From Felis catus (taxonomy: Eukaryota), in assembly GCF_018350175.1 (NCBI RefSeq), contig NC_058368.1, positions 119,414,001 to 119,478,000 on the forward strand: 64,000 bases of DNA, written 5' to 3'. Numbering within the stretch: the first letter of the stretch is position 1; the number at the start of each line of letters is the position of its first letter. Under the pieces are notes generated by a model. The model was given only the letters and a program-made list of their open reading frames with translations, made no database searches and had not been told where the DNA came from. Both the position numbers and the translations under genes were made by a program. This document shows, in pieces, positions 1 through 11,806 of the stretch.

Positions 1-2
1 AT

Positions 3-1194
3 GTGATCCCTATCAAAGTAACACCAGCATTCTTCACAGACCCAGAACAAATAATCCTAAAATTTGTGTGGAACCAGAAAAGACCCCGAATAGTCAAAGC
101 AATCTTGAAAAAGAAAACCAAAGCAGGAGGCATCACGATCCCAGACTTCAAGCTATACTACAAAGCTGTAATCATCAAGACAGTATGGTACTGGCACAAG
201 AACAGACACTCAGATCAATGGAATAGAATAGAGAACCCAGAAATGGACCCACAGACGTTTGGGCAACTAATCTTTGACAAAGCAGGAAAGAATATCCAAT
301 GGAATAAAGACAGTCTCTTCAGCAAGTGGTGCTGGGAAAACTGGACAGCGACATGCAGAAGAATGAACCTGGACCACTTTCTTACTCTATACACAAAAAT
401 AAACTCAAAGTGGATGACAGACCTCAATGTAAGACTGGAAGCCTTCAAAATCCTTGAGGAGAAAGCAGCCAAAAACCTCTTTGATCTTGCCCACAGCAAT
501 TTCTTACTCAACACGTCTCTGGAGGCAAGGGAAACAAAAGCAAAAATGAATGACTGGGACCTCATCAAAATAAAAATCTTCTGCACAGTGAAGGAAACAA
601 TCAGCAAAACTAAAAGGCAACCGATAGAATGGGAGAAAATATTTGCAAATGACATATCAGATAAAGGGTTAGCGTCCAAAATCTATAAAGACCTTATCAA
701 ACTCAACACCCAAAAAACAAATAATCCAGTGAAGAAATGGGCAAAAGACATGAATAGACACTTCTCCAAAGAAGACATCCAGATGGCCAACCGACACATG
801 AAAAAATGCTCAACATCACTCACCATCAGGGAAATACAAATCAAAACCACAATGAGATACCACCTGACACCTGTCAAAATGGCTAACATTAACAACTAAG
901 GTAACAACAAATGTTGGCGAGGATGCGGAGAAAGAGGATCTCTTTTGCATTGTTGGTGGCAATACAAGCTGGTGCAGCCACTCTGGAAGACAATATGGAG
1001 GTTTCTCAAAAAACTAAAAATAGAATTACCCTACGACCCAGCAATTACACTGCTAGGCATTTATCCACAGGATTCAGGTGTGCTGTTTCGAAGGGACACA
1101 TGCACCCCCATGTTTATAGCAGCACCATCAACAATAGCCAAAGTATGGAAAGAACCCAAATGTCTGTCAATGGATGAGTGGATAAAGAAAAAGT

Positions 1195-1196
<2 letters not shown>
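3..1196 (+). pseudogene. L1 ORF2p C-terminal remnant (post-RT and CCHC domain), disabled
   Basis: One frame over 3-899 and 945 onward, broken by TAA at 897-899. The zinc knuckle reads [18 protein letters not shown] (last Cys to Tyr). The frame is lost at the (TA)n expansion. Confidence 0.93.

Positions 1197-1238
<42 letters not shown>
1197..1238. repeat. (TA)21 microsatellite inside L1
   Basis: Perfect TA run read directly. Confidence 0.98.
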
Positions 1239-1241
<3 letters not shown>

Positions 1242-2033
1242 TGGAGTATTACTTGGCAATCAAAAAGAATGAAATCTTGCCATTTGCAACTACATGGATG
1301 GAAGGTATTATGCTAAGTGAAATTAGTCAGTCAGAGAAAGACAAAAATCATATGACTTCACTCATATGAGGACTTTAAGAGACAAAACAGATGAACCTAA
1401 GGGAAGGGAAACAAAAATAATATAAAGACAGGGAGGGAGACAAAACAAAAGAGACTCATAAATCGGAGAACAAACTGAGGGTTGCTGGAGGGGTTTTGGG
1501 AGGGGGGATGGGCTAAATGGTTAAGGGGCATTAAGGAATCTACTGAAATCATTGCTTCACTATATACTAACTAATTTGGATGTAAATTTTAAAAAATAAA
1601 AAATTAAATTAAATTAAAAAAAATAGTCTGCTATCCATATCTTGAAAGTCTTAACAATTTAATCTTCACATCTATGTTTTGTGACTGAAGACTGATGTGC
1701 CCTAAAGTGTTCCTGTGAGCAAAGGAGGTGAGTGCAGTACACATGGCCACCCTTCAGTCTGCACTGGACCCTTGCAAATTGTGAAGCAGTCTGGCCCTCT
1801 CCTCAAACGAAAGGTAGGCTTTAATGCATCACTAGGAATCAACCACTCTTCTAGCTACCTGCTCTCCTGGATAAAGTGGTTTTCTCCCAGTAGGAAGCAG
1901 AGGACCCTCTTTTGCCAGCATTTGATTTCCCGTGGCTAACTGAATACAATGAAGGACCTCATAGACCTTTTTCCAGAGGCTCCTTAGAACATGGTTGATG
2001 TGTTTTTGGCTCAAAGACAACGTCCTAATTTTT

Positions 2034-2249
2034 TTTTTAATTTTTTTTTTCAACATTTATTTATTTTTGGGACAGAGAGAGAGCATGAACGGGGGAGGGG
2101 CAGAGAGAGAGGGAGACACAGAATCGGAAACAGGCTCCAGGCTCTGAGCCATCAGCCCAGAGCCCGACACGGGGCTCGAACTCACGGACCGCGAGATCGT
2201 AACCTGGCTGAAGTCGGACGCTTAACCGACTGCGCCACCCAGGCGCCCC
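2034..2249 (-). mobile_element. Can-SINE, young SINEC_Fc type
   Basis: Reverse-complemented tRNA-derived head (ggggcgcctgggtggcgcagtcggttaagcg), CT tract and A tail; TSD cctaattttt at 2024-2033 and 2250-2259. Confidence 0.97.
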
Positions 2250-3204
2250 CCTAATTTTTAATATATGATGCAATTCAACTTCACAATTGATGATGGTTTT
2301 AGATTCCAAACCTTTTGGAAAAGAAGAATTAGATCTGCATGCCCCTCTGACCAGTGGGTGCTCCTACAAAGTTGCTGGCCCCTGGGACCTTCAGGACAGG
2401 AATCACTAGAGCACAGGGATCCTTAGCTGGTGATGGTATACATCCGGCAGTGGCCATGTAGCATTTCTTTTGATTGCTTGTACTCACACTTGCACTTCAT
2501 CTTCAAGGGGCAGTTTTAATGAGCTGGATTGGACTGGTTATTTAAGAGCATGGTTCTTAATTTCTAGTATCTGCAATTAAAAATGATAATCACTTAAAAG
2601 GAGATAAAGCTGAGCTCAAAAACTGAACATATGTAGATGTTTGGGCTACAGGGAATCAATCTGCCCATTAAAATGCTAATAAATGCAGAATATCCCTGTC
2701 CTTAATTAATCAGTTAACTAAACAGAAAGGCTAGGGTGATATACAAGCATGATTATTTGACATGGAAAATCAAGAAGGGTGGATGAATAACAATTACATA
2801 ATTAAAGAATAATAAAGAACATTTGAGTTTCAATTAATCCTTATTGCCAGCTCTGTAACATTCACCAGAATCTGTTTCATTTCATTGCAAGCGGGGCCTT
2901 TCAAGTTTAAACAATTTTAACACTTGGTCGCTAATATAAATCTACTTATTAAAAGTGTTCAAGATCAACATGATACATTTAACTACAAGAGAAAAGCCAA
3001 TTTAGAAACTAATTTGGTCAAGTAAAGATGTATTATTCTCATTGCCTGAATATACAGGATCCTGTTGGGTGAATTCAGTATGTTACTTTATAAAAACAGT
3101 TACTCTACTCTTGGGTTGTAATGGAAAGGACAGATGCCATTGAAAGTTAGAGAAGTCATAATTCTGGTGAAAATAGGTAAGATACTTGATTATGAGACTG
3201 AATT

Positions 3205-3578
3205 CTTACTCAAGATTCTCTAGAAAAATAGGAGCAAAGGACAAGTGTGTGTATGGGTATGTGTGTATGTGGAGAGAGAGGGAGATTGATTTATTTTAAG
3301 GAATTGGCTCATACAATTAAAGGTGCTGGCAAGTCTGAATTCTGCAGGGTAGGCCAACAGGCTGCAGGTTCAGGCAAGAGCTGCTTTTGCAACTCAAGTC
3401 AGAAGACTGTCCAAAGGCATTCTTCCTTGAGAGACCTCAGTCTTTCCTCTTAAGTTCTTCACCTGATTGGGTGAGGCCCACCTGCATTATGGAGAGTAAT
3501 CTTACTCAAAGTCTACTCATTTAAATGTTAATCACATCTAAAAAAAATACCTTCACAACCACATCTGGACTAGTGTTC
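3205..3578 (-). mobile_element. ERVL solo LTR, MLT2 family
   Basis: gatttattttaaggaattggctcat...gctggcaagtctgaa...aatgttaatcacatctaaaaaaaataccttcaca matches reverse MLT2 motifs as recalled. Confidence 0.85.
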
Positions 3579-4024
3579 ACTAGTGAATAGTGAAAACTAT
3601 AGACCAGAAGTCTGGAAGGGATCCTAAAATTAGATTTTCAAATCAGGAGAGGGAAAGGAAAGGCAATTATAGTCAAACTGGTGAATTTCAGGGTGAAACA
3701 AAACAAAATCCTAAAACTGAAAACAAACAAGCAAACAAAAAGAACGTCGTACCTAATTGAGGTCTTCAAATGCAGTGCTTTTTTTCATAACCATTCTAGA
3801 TCCATCTAAACGTTAAATTCCTTCATGCCTGAATACTACCATATCGGTCCACCAATTGGAGAGGACTAATTACTAGTTTTTAATAAAATTAAACTTTCAA
3901 AATGTCATTTGGTTTGATTTAATACTGTGGTGATTGAAAAGGAAAATCTTCTATCTGGTTTGCTGATTCTCCAGGAACTTGGGGGAAATGCTGCAGAAGC
4001 AGTTCTGGAAGGTAACACTTTGAT

Positions 4025-4235
4025 CAATGTCTTCCCGGGTATGTTTTGTGGAACACAGTCCTTGAAGAGTTGAACTTTGAGGGGGATTTCCTGGCCAAGT
4101 ATGTTTAGGAACATGATGTGTAGTAGCCCCCCACACCTGGAGATTCATAATTTATTTCTGTATAATAAAGTATTCAATAAGTCCTGCAAAGGAACATGCT
4201 TGACTGTTTTTCATCTAGCATTTCTCAACTCCAAT
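4025..4235. mobile_element. Probable ancient hAT-Charlie-type non-autonomous DNA transposon fragment
   Basis: Motifs gtatgttttgtggaacac, aagtcctgca and ctagcatttctcaact resemble MER-type hAT MITEs; highly diverged. Confidence 0.45.
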
Positions 4236-5345
4236 ATTCACCATTCCACCCCCACCATGCAATGCATATTAACATCCCAAGAAGTACAATTTGGAAAATG
4301 CATTTAAACAATAAGAAAACAAAAACAAAAGTCTACACGATCAAGAAAAATAACTGAATAATTTATACTGCATTTAGTGAACTGAAAAATACAGTCACGG
4401 TTAGATGCTTTCTTAAAGCGGGCTGGGCACATTCCCAATTTACAGGGTCACAGAGCTAAATTCTTAGGGCTGTGGTCACTGCTTCTCCCTTTATTCCACC
4501 CCTGAAATTATACAAAAATTGTAAATGACCCCACAAAGCAAGAGGCAAATTGTTGTCTGCCTTTGCTGAGGCAGACATGGTTTCTTTAATAAAGTGCCCC
4601 TGGGGGAAAAATGCTGAGAAGGAGGTAACACTTTAATCCACATCCAAAACACGTAACTGGGACTGATTTAAATGTGTTGAAACAGTGCGGCTTCTTTGTG
4701 GCCAACTGCATCAACCTTTTGGCTCATCTACATTAGAAACTGAGAGAGAGAAACCAGTTTGGAGATGACCATTTTGGCTATTATCTGCAAATCAAGGTGA
4801 GTTTGAACTGGGAGGTCAAGAAATCTGGGGCGCGGTGGCACATGGCCATCTGCTTGCGCTTGGGGCAGCCCTGGTGTGAACTGCAAGACGGTACCCGCTC
4901 TGCGCACACTAACTGCTAAAAGGCATCCCTTCCTCTGGGTCCTCTGCAGCCCTGCACCAGAGCTGGGGCTTGGGGCTAGGTTTCCACCCTCACTGCCCCT
5001 GCTGGCTGGATGTCTTTGTGTGGAGTGGAGTATGCAATGCTATGTGTGGGAGCTGGGGGCAGGGGTGGGCCTGAGCAAGGAGAGAAGATACTCAGGGAGG
5101 AGAGGAAGATAAGGAAAGGAGCACGAGCTGGGATGTTCATACTTGCTTTAGACCTCGAGGGCCTTTGCAGAGCCTAGAATGTGCATGGCTGGTGGCAGCT
5201 GTGAAAGGCTCATGGCATGTGTATTTGACCTTAGGATAATTCTCTAGTTTTTCTTAAAAATGAGAAAATATTTCCATTATTTTATTTCAGTAGCAGAATG
5301 ACTTGGACCAAAAACCATTGTTCCATGAGCAAACGGATTTCAGGA

Positions 5346-6880
5346 CATTCATGTTTTCATTCATTTACCCCAGTATGAAACAAAGTGAGCAACTTCAATG
5401 ACTAAAACACTGTTCCAGTCCCAGGAGACATTATGGAAAACAAGTTAGGTGTAAGTCTTGCCCTTTCTGAGCTTGCACTCTAGCAGAGAGGATGAGACAA
5501 TTAAATGACAATAAATGTGGGAGACAAAGGGAATACACGGAGGTGAGTCAGGTGAAAGGAATATCCTCCTTTGCCACAATTTGACTTCCTAGAGGGTCCA
5601 GGGAGGTGTCCCGAGGGAAGGGATCCTAAGGACCGATAAGAGGTAAAAAAAGTAGAAAAAAAAGCTATAGAGAACTTGGAGAATCCCGTAACAGGGAGAA
5701 CTGCACATCAGGTAACTGTTGAATAGGATACAGTGGCATATGTAAGAATGGGTATCTGGACAGATCACATATATTAAAGGGCTTTTAAAGTGACACTGTG
5801 GGTTAAAGTGTGATGAATTAGTGAGAAGCAAGAGACTATAGAAGCAGGGAGACTGTTGAAATAAGGAAAAAAAAAACTATGATGATGGTCGTGCAGAGAA
5901 ATGTGATTGGATATGAAAGTTCACTTAGAAGGTAGGGGCACCTGGGTTCCATGGACATCTATTAAGGAGGAAGAATTAGGGTCAGTGTTGAGGGAGGTTT
6001 CAAGGATGATTCCCAGGCTTCTGGATAAGCAATTTGGGGGAAAGGAGGTTGCCATTTAAAGAGAGATGGACGCAATTCTGGAACAGAAGAGTGTTCAGTT
6101 GGAGCTTAGTTTGGTCATCCTGGGTCTTAACAGCCTGAGATATTTCAGGGGATACGTTCAGTAGACAGGAACACCTAGGTTTGGAGCCACTGGAATAGAT
6201 GAGATTACCCACAAAGGTAGTACATGGAAGAAGAGGTATGTCTAGGCATTAAGAGTTGTCATAAAGATAAGAGTTAAACCAGGGTTTTGATGGTGCAAAA
6301 AATGAAAAAGGGCAGACCTTGAAGAGGGAATTATGACTGGAGACTCAAGTCACAGAAATATTAATAAGCACTGAAAAATACTCATCATATTTGGCAATTA
6401 GGAGGTTACTGGGGGCATGAGCAAATAGTACTATCCATGGACATTAAGGGTAGGCTTCAGAAGCAAGTGAATGGGCAGAAGGGAACTGGAGAAGAAAGAG
6501 TCTAGTCATGAAAAGGAAGGAAAGGGAGAAATCTTGGAGGTACAGCATGGTTGGACCATTTCATGGCTGGACTAGGGAGAAAGCATTGGCGAGAAATTGA
6601 ATATGCTGACGCTGAATAGAGAAAAAGAGAAAGGTCAGGATACAAAACAGTGGAGGAGTCAGGGATAGGGCCAAGTCCTTGAAGTAGGCAGATAGAATGG
6701 ATGGAAGATCTAGCCTTGACTAGAGGATGACAACTCTTCCCATGGGGCCATCCTCTTCCCACAGGGCTGAGGGGAAAGAACAAAGTCTGGGTGCTGCATG
6801 AATTGAGGTGTAGCAGTCAGGAAAGCTTAGGTAGTGTTCATCCTTGATAGCTTTTACCGTTTCTATGAAGTAGGCAGTGG
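5346..6880 (-). mobile_element. Ancient L2 LINE fragment(s)
   Basis: Reverse L2 3' end (cattcat...ttcattcatt...ttgccctttctgagcttgcactctag) followed by purine-rich L2 body (gatgattcccaggcttctgga, ttggcaattaggaggttactg). Confidence 0.8.
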
Positions 6881-9511
6881 GATAATGAGCTAAAGAGGAT
6901 AACCTCATTTTAGCCATTCACTATGCCAACTCTACACTCTAATTCTTCATTACACTGATTCTCATTGGTTGTATTGATCATTATTCTAATGTGTCCTAAA
7001 AACTTCTTCCTCACTTGGAACACTACAAATTGCAGCCCAAAGTATGGGGGCTGGTTGGTGATTAGAGGAAAGTTTCCCCTAGAAGAGGTATCTCAGATGG
7101 TATGATGCTCTGTTGTGACCAGAGTGACATTTTACCTCATATTGCACAGAATACAGTTTTAGAGAAAAGATTTTCAAGGATTTCACTAAAATAACATGAG
7201 GAAATTCTCCTGAGTGGCTTCCTCCTGCCCCCTTGTCTCACCCCTTTTTTGTCTCATTCTTTCCAATGCTCTAGCAGTTGCCAAGTTTACAGTACTATCT
7301 TTCATTCCTGATCCCTAAAAGGTTTCTTTTGTTTTTTTTCCTTTTCCCCCCCCTCCCCAAACACACTTATAGAGCAAAATGCTTTTTCCAAGTTGTCCGA
7401 GGAGATTGACAAAATACCAACTCCTTTTTGTCTGTGCACAAGATCCTATTAAAAACACGGTCTGCTTATCTTGACATCTTTCCCCAGGTGGCTTTATGGA
7501 TGCTGTCCAATATTCAGGCCTGAGTGAGAGATCCCACATCATCCAGAGTTACAGCTGCAGGACTTCCTGACCTATACATGGCGGTTAGAAGGACTGGTTA
7601 AGGGCAGGCTGCGGGCTTACCTCTGCAGGTACCTTATGCTCTTCTGAGGATAGTCTCGTTGAGACTATACTTGAGGGCTGCCACAATAATGCAAAGCCAA
7701 CCTAGATTGGAGTTCCCAAAACCATACTTGAAATTCCAAGTCTGTCTGGAGAAATCTGTTAGTAATACAAATTAAGCCTCCAGAATGATTTCTATCAATT
7801 GAGAAATTTCTTGTTCATCAGATCCCATTTTCTCTTTCCAGCCTGCTCTTCCTTTTTCCTGCCAGTGGGGGGAAAAAAAGGTGGAGAAAGTCTATGGTGG
7901 TGAAATGGTAAAATTTGAGTCAAATGTAAAAAAAATAAATACATTTTTTTCTCTTCAGCTCCTTTTTCTGGCCACGAAACCTTGTGTAAAACACATGCAC
8001 GTATTAGACAACCTTCTTGGAAGTATGGCTTATAACTGCTGTTTCTACTTTTCTGCTTCTCATTCATTCTTGTATTGGGATTTTTTCAAACTACAAAAGT
8101 AATAAGGGTCAAATAAAACATTTTTTTAAAGTTAATGTTCTCTTCTGCCTGCTTCTCTAGCTCTCTTGTTCTTCCCCAGGGGAACCAGTAATGGTATTTT
8201 GGGGTATTTCCTTCTATGTCTTTCCTCACATTGAATTACTCTTCAGCCTGCTTATTGGTCACTAAATCAAATATCCATTTATTTTCATTCCTTATATTAT
8301 TTGACCTCCAAAGAATATTGGACACTGTTAATTAAGCTTTCCTTCTTAAGATCCTCTCTTTTCTTGCTTTTCATGACCTGACGCTATTTTGGTCTCTCCC
8401 CTACCTCTCTGGTATCCCTCTGCCTGCCTGTGAACCTCAGTGTCCCATCCTATGCAGGGTCACCACACCTCAGGAAACTCCCTGCACAGAACTTCTAGAC
8501 AAAGTAAGAATTCATCCAATCTCATCATATGTGTTGATGATGGAACCAAGGCATCCACAGTAAAGAAGCAACGTATCTAAGGTCATTTCAGAGCCAGAAC
8601 CTAAAACAAAAACTGACTTCAAATCAAGTCCAGATACAGATAAAGGCCAGCAATCTACCAATTTCCTGGTATATTTCTTTTATTTACTCTTACTTTCTTT
8701 TTCCCTTTTGTCTTGGTAATAGCAGAATTGCTAGGTAAACCTAATTCTGAAAGATGGCTTTTTATAACCCCAGTGATGGCCATAATATACTCGGTAGGAA
8801 TTCATCTGGGGAAGTCAACAGAAAGAACTAAAGAGAACCATTTAATTTGATTTAATTTTCTTGAGAACACAAAAAGGGGTAATAGGCTCCCCAAAGATTG
8901 TGATAAATGATCATCGGCACAGAGAGCTGAAGCTACCTGTGAGGAGGCTCCTTCCAGAAGCATTTAGAAAGCCATAGCCACTGGGAGCAGCCATAAGTCA
9001 AACTGACTGATTAGCTCAGTAACAGCTTCTAAGATAAACAGCCAGCACCAAAGTTGTGGGGGTAGCACTTATGTGCCCAGCCTTATGTTAAGTTCTTTGC
9101 ACACAGTGTCTGTGTTTTCCAACCCCCAAACTAGGGCATATCATATAATCACAGAAATAAATCATTTGACATTTGGGTTGATTCATAACTGCTAAGCCAG
9201 GGAGTGTTACAGGAACACAAGTCATGATCTTTACCACCTAGATATTGTAATCTATTTAGTATAACAAGTGCCTGACTGCAGCAGGATGGTAAAATGAAAT
9301 TCTGGGTATTAGTGTTTAGCTGAGGGCCTGAAATCTGAAAACAAAAATTATAAATGAGCAAAGCTATAATTAAAGCCCTTCTTTTTCGGGCAGGCTAAGG
9401 AATTCTAAAACTAACTCTATCAGCATTAGTGATTGCCCCCTCTGGCTCAGAAAGCAGTTGAGGTTGGAGAGGCTGGGGAAGGAAAGAGAATTTCTTTGAG
9501 TTTGTCTCTCC

Positions 9512-9844
9512 TGTAGGTAACTACCTCAGCCAAGGTCACATCCCTCCCTGGGCCAGCCCACATCCAGTGACCAGCTGATGCAGGAATATGCAGGAAGAGT
9601 CATCTTGGCTTGACTCTGAGGGTTGCTGGGGCTCTCAGGCTCCCTGCAGGCTTGGCTGAGGCTGTCACCAGACCCCATAGCTAGCTGTTATGCTATGTTC
9701 TGCTATGTTCTGTTCCATTGTGCACCTACCTGCTTCTGGCTCCTCCCTTCCATAGGTATTGATCCCACAGGCACTCCTAAGAAGCATCCTACACAATGGG
9801 AGAAAAAAAAATCTGTTTTGCCTAAAGAAATCCCTTCAGATACA
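9512..9844 (+). mobile_element. ERVL solo LTR, LTR16-like
   Basis: cccacatccagtgaccagctgatgcagg and ggtattgatcccacaggcactcctaagaagcatcctacaca resemble LTR16 core and U5; ends ...ataca. Confidence 0.7.
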
Positions 9845-9864
9845 GCTCATGGTGTTTAGTGATA

Positions 9865-11230
9865 TACTTGCAGTATTGTTTCAAGAGTTGTTTTGTCTTG
9901 GGGACAAAAGATGTCGCGCATGATTTGTACTGCAGCAGCAAAAGCGATCTGAGCAGGTTGTATGTGAAAGTATTTTGAAACTTACGTTCAAGCCTAACAC
10001 CTGAGCTTTGTGTAATGTAAATAAGACTTTGTGTTTGTGAACCTTCCGGCTAAGGTGATCTTTTTCCCCTCTCACTGCCAAGCAATGTTCAGACTTTGAA
10101 TGCTTTTGTATCAGTTTTTCCCTTTGTAGATGGCATTAACATTGTTACTTGAGGTCTTGCTTAATTACTTTTGTTGTCCTGAGGACCGGAATTGACAGTG
10201 CATCAGATCTGTGGCTAATTTTGTCTGCAGACAGTCTAGCTTCAGCTGTTTATGGTGACGCTACCCTTTCGTTTATAAATGTGGTAAAAAAAAAGTATAA
10301 CCACAGGTGTAGAAAAAATTTCCTGACATTTTTCATACAAAATGCTTTATACAAAAAATGCTTTTTTCATACAAAAAGTATAAAGCATACAGATGTTATT
10401 GAAATATAATCGTTTATAATGCTTAAGCCACTGTTAGGAGGAAATAATCAAGTAATTCTTTACCAGGTATGAAAGAAATTTTTTAAAAATACCAAATATT
10501 TTCTGATTAGCATTTAGCTTATACTAAATTTTCAAAAAAGCTGAAGGCAAAATGCCTTCATCAGGACTCACTGAGAACTATATACTTATGTCTTGCTTTT
10601 TCTACCCACTGAGATGCTCACAAGCTTCCCCTTAGAACGGGCAATGTGCTAAGCATAACATGGCTGTGCTTCATCTCAGCAGTTGTGGCGAATTTTATTT
10701 TTATTATGTAAATTTGTATTTAAAGAGTATTATTACATTTATATTATAATAGCATTTAAGTAACGTTATTTAAATTTGTATTTAAATTGTTATACAGTTT
10801 CTAGTACAGTGCAGTCCCTATACCCTGAGGTGCATGGTAAAGTGAATAAGTGAATTTTCATGCTGATATGCTCAGCGCTATTCAGAAGTCAATTGGCTTA
10901 GCCCTTTCTCATATCCTTAGATGCATTTAGACTGTCAGCATTAACCTTCTGTGTTAAAAACAAAAAAAAAACCCACAAAATATTTTTTTATACTTAAAAG
11001 AAATAAGGGCTTCCCTCGCAGGAGAAAAAAAAACAAAAAACAAAAAACATCAGCTACATGCTTCTTTCCAATCCAGCTGTAGCAAACCAAGGCACAGAGG
11101 ACAGGGCACGCAAAGTGTGCCTCATCTGGCAGTGTTTACCAGAGCGCTTAATAAAGTATAAGACTGAGATTTATTTGAAATTACACGGTATGACATCGGT
11201 AGAAAGAGAGAATTTATTCTGGTGAGTATA
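9865..11230 (+). other. Orphan 3'UTR-like block (possible retrocopy or duplicated UTR fragment; parent gene unidentified)
   Basis: No recognisable repeat; T-rich sense strand; Pumilio motif TGTAAATA 10016-10023; five ATTTA in 10718-10784; AATAAA 11150-11155; no adjoining coding exon. Confidence 0.5.
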
Positions 11231-11806
11231 CGTGCAGTCTCAGGTCAGCTTCCAGGAAATGTAGCCCATGCCAGGAGTGGGGGCTGCTTTCCTCTTACCT
11301 TAGGCCAAGCCAGTGGGTGTCCAGAGGACCCCCGGAGAGCTTACTCTGTGTCTGTTGCGTTTGGGAAACACAATGGACTCCGGTCCTCCATGCCAGGGAA
11401 AGCTAAGAACCAGAGGCAGCAAAGCTGAGAGAGAGAAAATGAGAGAAGGGGAGGGACCCTGCTGCCCGGGGAGCGAGGTGCCCTATGCTGAGGGCACCGG
11501 CGATCAAAATGGCGTAACAGAACAATGAGGCCCTGCAGCAACAGGCCAGAGATGGAGAACACAAGTCTACTCAGTTCCAGCTCCAGTTGCTTGACAGGGA
11601 ACACTTGAATATCAGGGTTAAAAACAGTCTTACTTTGCGTACGGATTTAGTGAGAAAGATGTTACAAATGATTCGCAACATGTCTCAGGGCTGTAGGAAG
11701 AGGAGGAATAGTAGCCCGTATTTGCCTTCTCTCACTAATAAAGAGGAGAAGCTAAATAAATTACTAATTATTTGACATAGAAAGTAAGTAGAACATGATT
11801 TTCCAT

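Larger units (their letters stand above)
1..1623 (+). mobile_element. LINE-1 3' portion (ORF2 C-terminus, 3'UTR, A-rich tail); continues upstream of the window
   Basis: ORF 3-899 is typical L1 ORF2p ([30 protein letters not shown]...[20 protein letters not shown]); G-rich 3'UTR near 1487-1515; A-rich tail ending near 1623. Confidence 0.98.

Noticed and set aside
7488..7628. Plus-strand exon-like interval (ttccccag ... cag|gtacct)
   Set aside because: Stops in all three frames and a weak donor.
11313..11528. ORF ending ...EVPYAEGTGDQNGVTEQ that looks like a protein C-terminus
   Set aside because: No ATG start, no convincing acceptor and no recognisable homology.
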